Shown here: in pieces, positions 50,494 through 62,966 of the stretch
Position numbering within the stretch: position 1 is the first letter of the stretch
Layout: every line of letters begins with the position of its first letter
Assembly (NCBI GenBank): GCA_951406725.2
Contig: OX597816.1
Coordinates: 12,214,001 to 12,278,000 of the forward strand
Direction of reading: 5' to 3'
Source of the DNA: Octopus vulgaris
Lineage: Eukaryota
Length of the DNA stretch: 64,000 bases
Translations under genes and position numbers: made by a program
Notes under the pieces: generated by a model
Databases searched by the model: none
What the model was told of the DNA's origin: nothing
The model's input: only the letters and a program-made list of their open reading frames with translations

Positions 50494-51375
50494 GCAGGTC
50501 AGATCAATAAGTATCTGGACTGTTGCCATAGTAATGAAGCTAAAGCTCACAGAGTAAAAGCACTTGGCACAGATTGAACTTGAACTCTGCTGTGCATGTG
50601 CACTTAGTTTTAACATTCTAGCTTACTTCTGCTGCTTACAGCAGTGCTTGGAAGGAAGGTGTGTAGCATGTGATCATCACATTCACCATGATAGAAAATG
50701 TTATGGCGATACCTGCTCAGAGGTCGATGCAAAGATTTAAGAAAGTGCACGGAGAAGAGTGTGTGAGCTGTACACAAGTGTACGGGTGGTTCAGACTTTT
50801 CCAAGATGGCCAAAAAATATCAATATTGACAAATATTCTGGGAGACCCACAACCAGCAGAATTGAGAAAGACATCACAGATGTGTGTGCAGCTGTGAGGG
50901 GGAATTTGTCAAATCACCATCCATGATTTATCAGAGGATGTGCAGATTAGTTACAGTTCAGTTCAGTCCATTATCACTGAAGATTTGGGTATGAGATGCA
51001 TGTCTGTCAAGTTTGTGCCAAAACTGCTTTCAGCTGACCAAAAAGACCCTGGAGTTTCAGTTGCACAAAATCTCTTTGATTGTGTCAAGAATGATGAAAA
51101 CTTTTTGAAAACTTTGCATAGGCTTCTGAGCAGGTATTGCCAAGCTTTTGGCAGAATTTGACACAGATTCTCAGCTCAGCTGGTCAATGTGACAATCACA
51201 GGCTACACACCTTCCTTCCAAGCACTGCTGTAAACAGCAGAAGTGAGCGAGAACATTAAAACTTAGTGTGCATGCACAGCAGAAGTTAAGGTCAATTTGT
51301 ACTGAGCAGTTTCACTTTGTGGACCTTACCTTCATTACTATCGCAACAATCCGGATACTTACTGATCAGACCACA
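50494..51375 (+). mobile_element. internally deleted mariner with ~175-bp TIRs
   Basis: KKVHGEECVSCTQVYGWFRLFQDG and ISYSSVQSIITEDLGMRCMSVKFVPKLLSADQK (mariner HTH and WVP motif); TIRs ggtcagatcaataagtatctgga / tccggatacttactgatcagacc. Confidence 0.92.
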
Positions 51376-51589
51376 TATATACTGATGTGAAGTCATGTGT
51401 CAAAACAAATATTGTTGTATTTTGAGATGGTCATTTTTTTAAAACCAAATAAACACACGCACTATATGTTCGTTACTGTTCTTATTCTAGCTCATGTTCA
51501 TTGCCCGCCTATTTGTTTGTTAGTTGCATTCGTAACTGTTAAAATGTTGAAATATAGAAATAGTTATTGAATTATAAAAAAAGTTATGG

Positions 51590-51690
51590 AGAGTCCTGAT
51601 GATTGAGGCTTGCAGTTAAGACATGTTTCTGAAAAAAACTGAGGGTCTTGGGAACGTTAAATGCATCTCATGAAACACGTGTAGAAGAGA
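51590..51690 (+). ncRNA. type-I hammerhead motif with intact core and long stem II
   Basis: CTGATGA 51596..51602; TGAG...CTCA and AAGAC...GTCTT pairings; GAAAC-ACGT-GT-A 51672..51683; stem I only 2 bp. Confidence 0.6.
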
Positions 51691-52237
51691 AATTTGGAAC
51701 TGAAATAGTAAGTATTAAAATAAAATTCTATGATGTGGTGTGATGTATACATACATATATATACATAAATACATATATGCAAAAGCACATTGGGACCAGC
51801 AATGTGTAGCAACATCAGACACCCTGGTCGGTTATGTGGTGGTCATATATATATATATATATATATATACACAAACACATACACATATGCACACACTCAT
51901 ATCATTCTTTCAATCATCATCATCATCATCATTTAATGCCTCCTTTTCAATGCTTCAGATCTTCTACAGCTAAATATTCCTCTTGCTGTTGTCTCCTTAT
52001 TTCTTCAAGTCGGGTAATATTTCCCTATGGCTGACCTTTTTTTCATGGGAGACTGGAACTGAAACATCGCTTGTATGAGGGTGATGTTCATTTACAACCA
52101 GCACATGATGTCATAACAACACATGCATGCACACAAACATGCAGGAATATCTACATCTATTATCATTATATATATATATATGTATGTATACACACACACA
52201 AATGTATGTACAAACATACTTTTGTATGCATATATAT

Positions 52238-52638
52238 ATATATTGTTGCTGTTATGTTAAACTGTCATATGTTCAAATTTGGTCAAATGTGTTTTTTCAA
52301 TTTTTTTATTTTGCTTGCAATAGCCAGTTCTTTTAGTCAAACTATTGTATCTCCAGCTGCTTCAGATGTCATGATATGTAAATTGTCAAAGTGTAGTACA
52401 ATGATTTAACATTTTTCAAAAGTGTAGTAAGTCCTGCATATGACAGTTTTGCAAAAATACTTCTGACTGAAAATATCATGCAAGCATGGAGTTACGAATT
52501 TATGCACCCAACAAAGTATTATTGTTAAGCTGAAATTGTTTCTAATGTTAAAAGAAATGGAATGGGGAAATCAATTTTTGGCTTTCCGGAAAAGCAATGT
52601 CTGGGACTTATGACACTTTTGCATAAAAGCAATATATA
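52238..52638. mobile_element. non-autonomous TIR element, copy 2 (inverted relative to 16582..16839)
   Basis: Shared tcaaactattgtatctcca.ctgcttc and gacttatgacactttt blocks. Confidence 0.7.
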
Positions 52639-52664
52639 TTCACACACACACACCTTTTAGCTTC

Positions 52665-53043
52665 CAATGGCATGTAAAAAGCACCATTCGAGCATGATTG
52701 TTACCAGCGTGGCCTTACTGGCATTTATGCCGGTGACACATGAAAGGACATTCGAGTAAGGTCATTGCCAGTGCCACCGGACTGGCTCCTGTGCAGATGG
52801 CACATAAAAAACACCATTTGAGCGTGGCCGTTGCCAGTACCACCAGACTGGCCCCAGTGCTAGTGGCACATAAAAGCACCCACTACACTCTCAGAGTGGT
52901 TGGCATTAGGAAGGGCATCAAGCTGTAGAAACTCTGCCAAATCAGATTGGAGTTGGGTGCAGCCATCTGGTTCGCCAGTCCTCAGTCAAATCGTCCAACC
53001 CATGCCAGCATGGAAAGCGGATGTTAAACGATAATAATGATGA
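52665..53043 (+). mobile_element. SINE-like family C with three internal units
   Basis: Family motifs. Confidence 0.88.
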
Positions 53044-53656
53044 TTCTAAATTAACTCACAAGGTTTTGGTTGACCCCGGGGTTACTATAGAAGAGAACAC
53101 CGGACCAAGGTGCCACACAGTGGGGCTGAACCCAAGACCATATCGTAGAGAGGCAAGCATTTTAATCTTTGTAATTCTGCACACGGATGATCGGCTTACA
53201 CTTTCAATTAGTCGCAATAATCACACATCTATTAGCCTCAGGAAATGAATCAGATTTAATAATTCTGCTAGAATTATTCTGACAATTGAAGCCGACATTA
53301 CAATGGCAATCTTTCTTTAGGCTCCACTCCTAATCTAACCTTTAAATCGCACAAACACTTCAAGAAATCAAACAGCTTTCCTTTCAGAATGGCTGCAGGT
53401 TACTATAGGGTCCTGTAACAAGGCTCCGATATGAAGACATTGCCATGACAGCAACTAATGGTGGACATCCTAAAAATGGTAAAAGCAAAATGAGGAATCA
53501 TTAGAAAGCACAATACTAATACAATTCATCACATAATGTTAATTATATAAACAGTGCAGTACTGTACTTTATTTCTATTTATTAATTTATCAATTTTTAG
53601 GTGTGAAAATGCTTATTTTATCACAGATATAATTAAAATCTAAAAAAATATAAATA

Positions 53657-54066
53657 GGTGCAGGAGTGGCTGTGTGGTAAGTAGCTTGCTAACCAACCAC
53701 ATGGTTCCAGGTTCAGTCCCACTGCGTGGCATCTTGGGCAAGTGTCTTCTGCTATAGCCCCGGGCCGACCAAAGCCTTGTGAGTGGATTTGGTAGATGGA
53801 AACTGAAAGAAGCCTGTCGTATATATATTTATATATATGTATTTGTGTGTATATGTTTGTGTGTCTGTGTTTGTCCCTCTAGCATTGCTTGACAACCGAT
53901 GCTGGTGTGTTTACGTCCCCGTCACATAGCGGTTCGGCAAAAGAGACTGATAGAATAAGTACTAGGCTTACAAAGAATAAGTCCCGGGGTCGATTTGCTC
54001 GACTAAAAGGTGGTGCTCCAGCATGGCTGCAGTCAAATGACTGAAACAAGTAAAAGAGCAAAAGAG
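53657..54066 (+). mobile_element. SINE family A, full length
   Basis: Near-identical to 8389..8804. Confidence 0.92.
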
Positions 54067-54479
54067 CAACCTATCGGCTGCAGAAACCTGGATATATGGA
54101 GGAGTCCATGATAAAAATTTACATATATTAGCCAGGAAAATCTGCAATATACTGAGGGCATGATAGGTGAACCGCAATATGACGAGTGATTTTCTTTGTT
54201 CCTCTTTTCCTCTCTCTTCTCTTCTCACGTGACTGTTGGCCGACTACTGGCCTTTTTGGGTTTGGCAGCGGCCGCTGTCACATCGACATTTTTCCTCTGC
54301 CCTAACGCTTAATTCCTAACACGCCAGCTGAATTCAATTTGTCTCCAGTCGAAAGACACCTGTTGTGATGTCCTGTTATTATTATTATTATTATTATTAT
54401 TTTGTATTCTTTTTGTATTTATATTCGTGTAACATCGTCCATTTTTCCGTCCGTGTTTCATATACATCCGAAGCTGTTT

Positions 54480-54672
54480 TTCCAAGGAATCTAATTCTCT
54501 TAGCTTAGTTTTCCTTTGGGGCTGGTCAGATTGGAGCAATCTCAAGATTAATCAGCCGAAATTGCGAGGATGATCTGGTTCTTGACTGAAGATTAAAGGC
54601 TTCGAATGACCCGTCGGTGCTTTTTGTATCGTCTTCTGGATGTTTTGCGTTCTTGTCCCACTTTGTATTTTT
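54480..54672 (+). mobile_element. Penelope-LTR-like repeat with decayed hammerhead; homolog at 62290..62515 (-)
   Basis: GGCTG...CAGCC-GAAA, then atctggttcttgactgaaga..aaggct.cgaatga. Confidence 0.5.
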
Positions 54673-54892
54673 ATATATATATAATTATGTGTGCATATGT
54701 TTGTGTGTGTGTTTTTCCCCTGTCACTGCTTGACAACCAGTGCTGGTGTGTTTATGTCCCTGTAACTAAATTGTTAGTACCGGGGCCAATTCATTCAACT
54801 AAAATTTCTTCAAAACAATGCCCCAGTATGGCCACAATCTAATGGCTGAAACAAATATAAATATAAAAGAGACAAAAGAGGTTTTGCAAAAT

Positions 54893-55280
54893 CATCATCA
54901 TCATTGTTGTCGTTTAACGTCCGTTTTCAATGCTGGCATGGGTTGGATGATTTGACTGAGGACTGGCGAACCAGATGGCTGCACCAGGCTCCAATCTAAA
55001 TCTGGCAGAGTTTCTACAGCTGGATGCCCTTCCTAACACCAACCACTCCAAGAATGTAGTGGGTGCTTTTAAGTGCCACAGGCATGAGGGCCAGTCAGGT
55101 GGTACTGGTAATGACCTCGCTTGAATCTTTCATGCCACCGGCTCAGGTGCCAGTGTGGCGATGCTGGTAATGATCACGCTCGAATGGTGCCTTTTATGTG
55201 CCACCAGCATGGAAGCCAGTTAGCCGCTCTGGCAACGATCATGCTCGGATGGTGACCTTAGCACCCTACTAGCACGGGGC
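54893..55280 (-). mobile_element. SINE-like family C
   Basis: Family motifs. Confidence 0.88.
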
Positions 55281-55523
55281 TCGCTTACACATTTGTATAG
55301 ATTTTTTGAAGCTTTAGATTACACTTTAAAAATGTCTAAGAATCACTTAGGTACCCATTGTAGTACCCTATTTAAGAGCCACTGGATTAGTTTAAGGTAA
55401 TCTATATTCATTACAATGGTAGTTCCTAATGTTGGTAGGACTGGATTCCACTGGTGGTCACATTTGAATTTATTTTTTTGTAGTAACTTCTTTTAAATTT
55501 ATTGGGTTATTGTCTTATATATT

Positions 55524-56344
55524 GTGTTGAGTCAAAAGTTTTGCAATATTTCGGTAACTTTTGTTTTATTTGTCAAATTACACCAAAAGCAGTCTGGCAT
55601 TTGAAGTAGAGGCCATCATGTTGCATCATCTGAAGCTGCCATCCTGCCAGTTCTTTGTTCCCGGCTCTTGTTCTTTGAGGTGAGGAACTCTTTCATTGAA
55701 GTTTCCTTCCTCTGTTTGTGATACTTCTTGAAGCTGAAAGAAGTGGAAGCTTCAGTGAATGGAGTTCTTGGCCTCAAAGAACAAGAACTGATATCAGCAT
55801 GGAATCAAAGAACTGGCAGAATGGTGACATCAGACGATGGCCTCTACTTTGAATGTGAAACTGCTTTTGATGTAACTTGAATAAATCAATAAGTTACCAA
55901 AACATTCTTTTCTACTCTAAGCACAAGGCCTGTAATTTTTGATTGACTCCAGTATGCAACTGATACTCAATTTATCGATCCTGAAAGGATGAAAAGTAAA
56001 GTCAACCTCAGCGGAATTTGAACTCAGAACGTAAAGACACAAAATATTGCTAAGCATTTTGCCCAGTGTCCTAATGTTTCTGCCAACTCACTGCCTTTGG
56101 ATAAACAAATATTCTTTTCTACTCTAAGCACAAGGCCAGAAATTTTTGGGGAGGTGGCCAGTCGATTAGGTCAACCCCAGTATGCAACTGATACTTAATT
56201 TATCGACCCTGAAGAGATGAAAAGTAAAGTCGACCTTGGCAGAATTTGAACTCAGAATGTAAAGACACAGGATATCCCACTTAGCATTTCACTCAGAATG
56301 CTCCCTTAAGTTACCAAAATATGGCAAAACTTTTGACTCAACAC
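55524..56344. mobile_element. long-TIR MITE (Tc1/mariner-like) interrupted by two SINE B2 copies (55905..56305)
   Basis: gtgttgagtcaaaagttttgc ... gcaaaacttttgactcaacac; taagttaccaaaa duplicated around the SINE block. Confidence 0.8.
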
Positions 56345-56510
56345 AAAAGTTTATCACATGATCAGTAATTTCTCTTATCACAGAATAGTAAAATATTATA
56401 GGTGAGATAAGTTACAAATATGACTGATGGTTGAGAAAATGGAACTATAAGAATGTATGACTAACCACTAAGTCTCATGTCTTCACCTGTGATATACTTA
56501 GATATTAAAG

Positions 56511-56835
56511 GGTAAGGATCCCTTTTAGTCATGAATGACCATGGGATTGCACCTAGAAAGTTCCCTTCCAAGGCACAAGATCAGGCAAGGTTGTTTGTAG
56601 GAGACAAGCAGTCGCTCATGCATACCAGTCAATCCTTTCCGCATCACTGATGTTATCCGAGGGGAAGGCAAACGGGTCTAATACAGCTTGGCACCACTGA
56701 CATCGCAACTCATTTTTATGGCTGAGTGAACTGGAGCAGCGTGAAGTAAAGTAACTTGCTCAAGAACACAACACGCAGCCCATTCCAGGAATCAATTGTG
56801 AGCTTAATGCTCTAACCACTGGGCCATTGTGCCTC
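56511..56835 (-). mobile_element. tRNA-derived SINE (family D)
   Basis: Head ggaggcacaatggcccagtggttagagc, followed by gtgttcttgagcaag. Confidence 0.8.
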
Positions 56836-56849
56836 CACACACACATAAA

Positions 56850-57160
56850 CGATAAACGTTGCGCTTTTCAAGCCTAGCCAGGCTCATGGGTCCGGTTTCC
56901 TGGTTTCTGTGGTGTATGTGTTCCTCCAAGCTGGATGGGATGCCAGTCCATCACAGCGTTACTCAAGAAACAGGAAGAGAGAGTGACAGATAGTTGTGGC
57001 GAAAGAGTACAACAGGGGTCACCACAACTCCCTGCCAGAGCCTCGTGGAGCTTTTAGGTGTTTTTACTCAATAAACACACACAACGCCTGGTCTGGGAAT
57101 CGAAACCGCGATCCTCCGACCGCGAGTCCACGGCCCTAATCACTGGGCCATTGTGCCTCC
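56850..57160 (-). mobile_element. tRNA-derived SINE with V-domain-like core (family E)
   Basis: Head ggaggcacaatggcccagtg..ggtttcgattccc; ctgtgatggactggcatcccatccag resembles the V-SINE core. Confidence 0.75.
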
Positions 57161-57299
57161 ACACACACACACACACACACACATAGATATACATATAATA
57201 TAATGTAGCCGAATTATAGGTTTGAGCACAAATGAATAGAGTTTGCCACTGAGCAGTAGTAGAAGTATTAGCTGATACATACCATTACACATTTTGATT

Positions 57300-57753
57300 T
57301 CTGTTTCTTTTAATTGTTTCAGCTATTAGACTGCGGTCATGCTGGAGCACTGCTTTGAAGAATTTCTAGTTGAATAAATTGACTCCAGGACTTAATTTTT
57401 CCTATTTCTTTATTGCCCAGAGGGGGCTAAACATAGAGGAGACAAACAAGGACAGACAAAGGGATTAAGTCGATTACGTCGACCCCAGTGCGTAACTGGT
57501 ACTGAATTTATGGACCCCGAAAGGATGAAAGGCAAAGTCGACCTTGGCGGAATTTGAACTCAGAACGTAAAGAGGGACGAAACACCGCTAAGCATTTCGT
57601 CCGGCATGCTAACAATTCTGCCAGCTCATCAGGACTTATTTGTTTCTTTTAAGCTTTATACTTCTTGATTTATCAGTCCCTTTTTGCTGAATCACTTAGT
57701 TACAGGGAAGCAAACAAACCAACACCAGTTGTTTGGGTGCTAAGGCACAAATA

Positions 57754-57786
<33 letters not shown>

Positions 57787-57940
57787 ACACGATGGGCTTC
57801 TGTCAGTTATCGTCTACAAAATCCACTCAAGGCTGTCCATCTGCATGAGGCTGTAGTAGCAGAAGCACACTTGCCCAAGGTGCCATACCTTGGGACTGAA
57901 CCCAGAACTGCGTCGTCGGGAAGCAAATGTCTCACCACCA
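57300..57940 (-). mobile_element. diverged SINE A with nested young SINE B1 (57402..57628)
   Basis: caggactta duplicated on both sides of the B copy. Confidence 0.82.
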
Positions 57941-58379
57941 TTTTAATTACAAATGTTACAAGATATTCTTGTTCAAGCGTTTAATGAACTATTCAAGAAT
58001 TTAACAATTAACTTCTCGTTTTTACTTAGATAATTGAGGACTTGAAATAAAAATAAAACGCAACGTTTGTGAGAATTTAATAACTTTGAATTAGTTTTAT
58101 GACAACCAAATATTCAAATACATCTTGAGGATTCATTTCAAAGCCATTATCTGGATTAGGTATTATTGAGTTGGATGGAGGGACTTTAGAAATATAATGC
58201 TTGTAATGGATTTGAGATAATTAAAAATCTGAGGAGAAAAGAAACAGGGAGTTATTAAAAAAATTTTTTTTTTTTAAATTAAAAAAATGAAATGCTTCTT
58301 TTAGTTCTAACGTTAAATAATCAGTTTTCTTTAAATATTTAGGTTATGAAAATTACGTTGCTTCTAACTGAAGCAAAGA

Positions 58380-58782
58380 AATCATTATGATCATGATGGT
58401 GATGATAATGATGATGATCATCATCATCACTGCCACCGTCATCATAATTTTCACCATCACGATCATCATTAATGTCAGCGCCATCACCATCATCAGCTTC
58501 ATCACCACCATCATCATCATCATAATCTTCATCACCACCCTTATCATTAATGGCCCCACCATCACCATCATCATCATTACTGACATCTCTATCATCCTTA
58601 TCTTCATCACCACCACCATCACCACCACCATCATCAATGCCACCACCACCACCAATGCCAAAACAACCAACATCATCACCACCACCATTATCATCATCTT
58701 TGTCATCATCATCACCACTTTCATCACCACCATCATCATCATCATTAACACTATCATCATCATCTTCATCATCATCATCAAC
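58380..58782. repeat. (CAT/CAC)n low-complexity tract (expanded SINE-C-type tail)
   Basis: Direct reading; abuts gttttcccatgctgccatgggttggac. Confidence 0.9.
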
Positions 58783-59839
58783 AGTTAATATCTGTTTTCC
58801 CATGCTGCCATGGGTTGGACAGGATCCAGTGAACCATAAGATAGAATCAAGCTCCAAGTGTCTGCTTTGGCATGGTTTCTACAGGTGGATGCTCCTCTTA
58901 ACACCACCCAGTTTATAGTCTGCACTGGGTGCTAACGTTTCTGCCAGCTCACCACCTTATCGTAATATTGTAATATGGAAGGTCAGCACACCAGACGAAA
59001 TGCTGAGTGGTATTTCGTCTGTCTTTATGTTCTGAGTTCAAATTCTGCTGAGGTCGACTTTGCTTTTCATCCTTTTGGGGTCGATTAAATATGTACCAGT
59101 TATGCACTGGGGTCTATACAATCGACTTAATCCATGTGTCTGTCCTTGTTTGTCCTCTCTGTGTTTAGCCCCTTGTGGGTAGTAGAGAAATAAAATACTA
59201 TTGTAATATAGACATCATCCTATCTAACCTATTATGTTATCCAAAAAATATAATAACCATTGGGGATACATTTAGTGAAGTCTGTAGTTTATGGACACCC
59301 TATATATATATATATATGTGTGTGTATGTATGTATGTATATATATGTGTATGTATCTATGTATGTGTGTGTGTATATGTGAGTGTGTGTGTGCATATATA
59401 TAGATATATGTATGATATTTAGCGCATGATCTATGATGATAAATATGAGAAAGGTCATCATCATCATCATCAGTTAACGTCCGCCTTCCATGCTAGCATG
59501 GGTTGGATGATTTGACTGAGGGCTGGCGAACCAGATGGCTGCACCAGGCTCCAATCTTGATTTGGCAGAGTTTCTACAGCTGGATGCCCTTCCTAATGCC
59601 AGCCACTCCGAGAGTGTAGTGGGTGCTTTTACATGCCACCATCATGAGGGCCAGTTCAGTGGCACTGGCAACGACCTATAATTTTTTTTTTGTGCAGGGA
59701 TTCCTTGAGACATATAAGTTATTTTAAGGGTTACACAAGGGTAAAAAAAGGTTGAGAAAGACTGCTCTACATGGATGACTATACATAGAAATAGATATAC
59801 AAACTCAAGTGAAGATAGCAAGTTTGGCTTTTTTTTTAC

Positions 59840-59991
59840 CAATTTCTCCTCTTCTGGGCACTGAATGCTGGACTGAGCACATTACTGTGCCAGCACTTGC
59901 CATTCTGACATCCAGTTTAGCCTCCTGATTTTCAGCATTCATAAATATGGTCCTGAGATTTTTTTCTTCTTGCTTCTGTTTATGAATTTTC
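59840..59991 (-). CDS. candidate 152-bp coding exon (unknown gene)
   Basis: tttctttgtgtatatcactatcaag|G AAA ATT...GAA ATT G|gtaaaa; open for 50 codons (KIHKQKQEEKNLRTIFMNAENQEAKLDVRMASAGTVMCSVQHSVPRRGEI) in non-repetitive DNA. Confidence 0.3.
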
Positions 59992-61179
59992 CTTGATAGT
60001 GATATACACAAAGAAAATAGAAATTTGAAAAATCTATGCGGTGTAATATGTTAATTTTAGTTATTGATACAAGAATACTTATCACAAGGGAAACAAATTT
60101 TTGATTGAAAATTTTTGTTGGTCATTATTTTGTCATTTATTTCCAGAATTCAATAAACATTGAAATTCAAATCTCAGTTGATAACAAAATTACAATTTCT
60201 TATTGAATTAGAATTTAAGTTTTTCTTTCTTTTTGAATTTTGGATTATTTTCCTTTTTCAATTGAATTTATGGAAAACACTTCAATTTTATCATGAAATT
60301 TCAAACTGAAAGGAAAATCAAATGCAAAAGAAAAAAAGAAAAAAGAATTTAAAAATAATTAAAACAAAATTACACTTTCTACATAAATTTGTCAAGAAAT
60401 TTAATATTTATCATGCTATAAAGTTTTCATTTTATTAATATACAACAACTGATATAAGGGATAAATATTAATCTTAAACAAAACCCCTAAAACACTTCCA
60501 TGTTAATTACCGAGGTTTGGGAGTCAGATATCATCTTTCCGTTGAAATTGATTTTGTGTAGAGACTTATTACATCAATTGAGGCTTTGTGTAAAACGAGC
60601 CCTGGTTGTTGCTAAGGAGGTTGTTGTGATGACGATGGCGGAGGATAAGGATGAGGGGGAAAGGAAAAGGGAGGATGAAGGGGATTAAAGCAAATGATGA
60701 TGATTATCTTGGAAATTAATTATAATGATTGAAAAGTTATCTGAGATCATCATCATCGTTATCATCATCGTTATCATCATCATCCTCATGAAGAGGAAAT
60801 GATTCTGTAATCAACACCAAAGATTAATTTACTAATATCTATCTATCTATCTATCTATATCTATATGTATATATATATGTATATATATGTATATATATAT
60901 ATATATATGTATATATATGTGTGTGCATGTATATATATATGTGTGTGTATATATATATATGTGTATGTATATGTTTGAGTGTGTGTATGTATATATATAC
61001 ATATATATATATCATCGTCATCATTGTTTAATGTCTGCTTTCCATACTAGCATGGGTTGGACGATTTGACTGAGGACTGGCAAACCAGATGGCTGCACCA
61101 GGCTCCAATCTTGATTTGGCAGAGTTCCTACAGCTGGATGCCCTTCTTAATGCCAACCACTCTGAGAGTGTAGTGGGTG

Positions 61180-61229
<50 letters not shown>

Positions 61230-62289
61230 CATAAATGTGTAATGGTGTCTGAGTGTATGTTTGAGGTTACTCTAACTCCCCTCACACATCCAACCAATAT
61301 TAATGATTTTTGGCACATAGGTAGATCACATGCCCTGAAGTTCAAATAAGGCCAGAATTCTTTGAAAACTCCATAATGCTCAGTTAGCATCAATTTTTGT
61401 GAGTTCAATCAGGTGTTTGAATGGAAACTCCCATAATTATGTTATTTTTCTTGCAGCTTTTGCATTTTTTGTCTGATTTTGATGAAAATCGATGAGTGAT
61501 TGAGGCTTATGGCATTGACTTGATATCAGTATATGGCGTTGACAAAAAAATCGATAATTGTGCTTGAGCAGTGGTTTCATGAAATCAATAGGATTTTTGT
61601 GGGTAAATACCCATAGGGATTTTATCATGGGCCGTAACTTTTATATTTTCATGTAAATGGTCACATAGATTCTATTTTATGACATAACTCAAATACTTTT
61701 CTTTGGATTTTGCTGATTTGACATGATCAATTTTGACTTAAGACGGTTCAGTATGTAGGAATATGTCAAAAGAGTTAACCGGGTAAAATCCCTGCCAAAA
61801 CCAGATATAACATCTTAATAGGTAATAGTTGGCACGGGGAACATAGAAGATTTCGATACAAGTCAGTTACAACCATCACATGATTTCATGACAATGGTAC
61901 AGACAAACATGTGGCTGTGGTAAGAAGCTTGATTCCCAACCGTTTGGTATTGGGTTCAGTCCCACTGCATTGCACCTTGGGTAGGTGTCTTCAACTATTG
62001 CCGCAGGTCAACCAAAGTTTTGTGATTGGATTTGGTAAATGGAAACTGAAAGAATCCTATGGCTTGTGTGTGTTTCCATATTTTGTTACCATATTTCTAT
62101 TATTTAGATGCTGTGTTTCATTTAATTTTTGGGCCTTGGGCCTCACAGAAGCAAAGTGGCTGAGTTCCTTTTGTGTGCTGGGCCTCATGAAAACATATAT
62201 ATACGTATAGCATGGAAAGTGGATGTTAAATTATGATTATGAAGATATATATTGTGTGTGTGTGGGTGTGTGTGTGCATATAATATAAA

Positions 62290-62515
62290 AATGGAACAAA
62301 AACGCAATAGAGGACAATAAAACATCTGAACAGATAGACAATACAAAGGTGGACAGGAAAAAACAACAATTAGAGGGACAGGAAAACAAAGGACGCATCA
62401 TTCATAGCCTTTCATTTGTCAGTCAAGTTACCAGATGTCCTTTCAGTTTCGGGCAGTAACACTTGAGACTGCTTGATCTGGTTGCCCTCCCACCAGAAGT
62501 TTAAGCTAAGAGCAT
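62290..62515 (-). mobile_element. Penelope-LTR-like repeat, homolog of 54480..54672
   Basis: Minus strand CTGGTGG-GA-GGGCA...TGCCC-GAAAC. Confidence 0.5.
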
Positions 62516-62966
62516 TATATATGTATGTATGAATGAGTATATGTGTGTATATATATATGTGTGTGTGTGTGTGTGCATCTTTCTGTCTGTGTTTGTTCTC
62601 CACCACCACTTGACAACCGGTGTTGGTGTGTTTATGTCCCTATAATTTAATGGTCCAGCAAAAGACCAACATAATATGTATCAGGCTTTAAAAAAAATGG
62701 AAATAATCATTCGACTTAGAATTCTTCGAGGCAGTGCTCCAGCATGGCCACAATCTGAAGACTGAAACAAGTAAAAGATAAAAAAAATATACAACAGGCC
62801 TCTTCCAGTTTCCATCTACGAAATACACTCACAAAGTTTCTGCTGACCCGGGCCTATTGTAGAAGACATTTGCCCAAGATAACATGCCGTGGGATTGAAC
62901 CTGAAACCACATGGTTCAGCAGCCAAATTGTTACCACTCAGCCACACCTGCTCTTTGCATGATTAA

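Noticed and set aside
53410-53478. MTATNGGHPK, resembling the cadherin A.DGG.P motif
   Set aside because: Too short; no other cadherin motifs or extended ORF.
29250-62492. A-to-G changes in hammerhead cores as fossil ADAR editing
   Set aside because: Only two or three substitutions, all ordinary transitions; not distinguishable from neutral decay.
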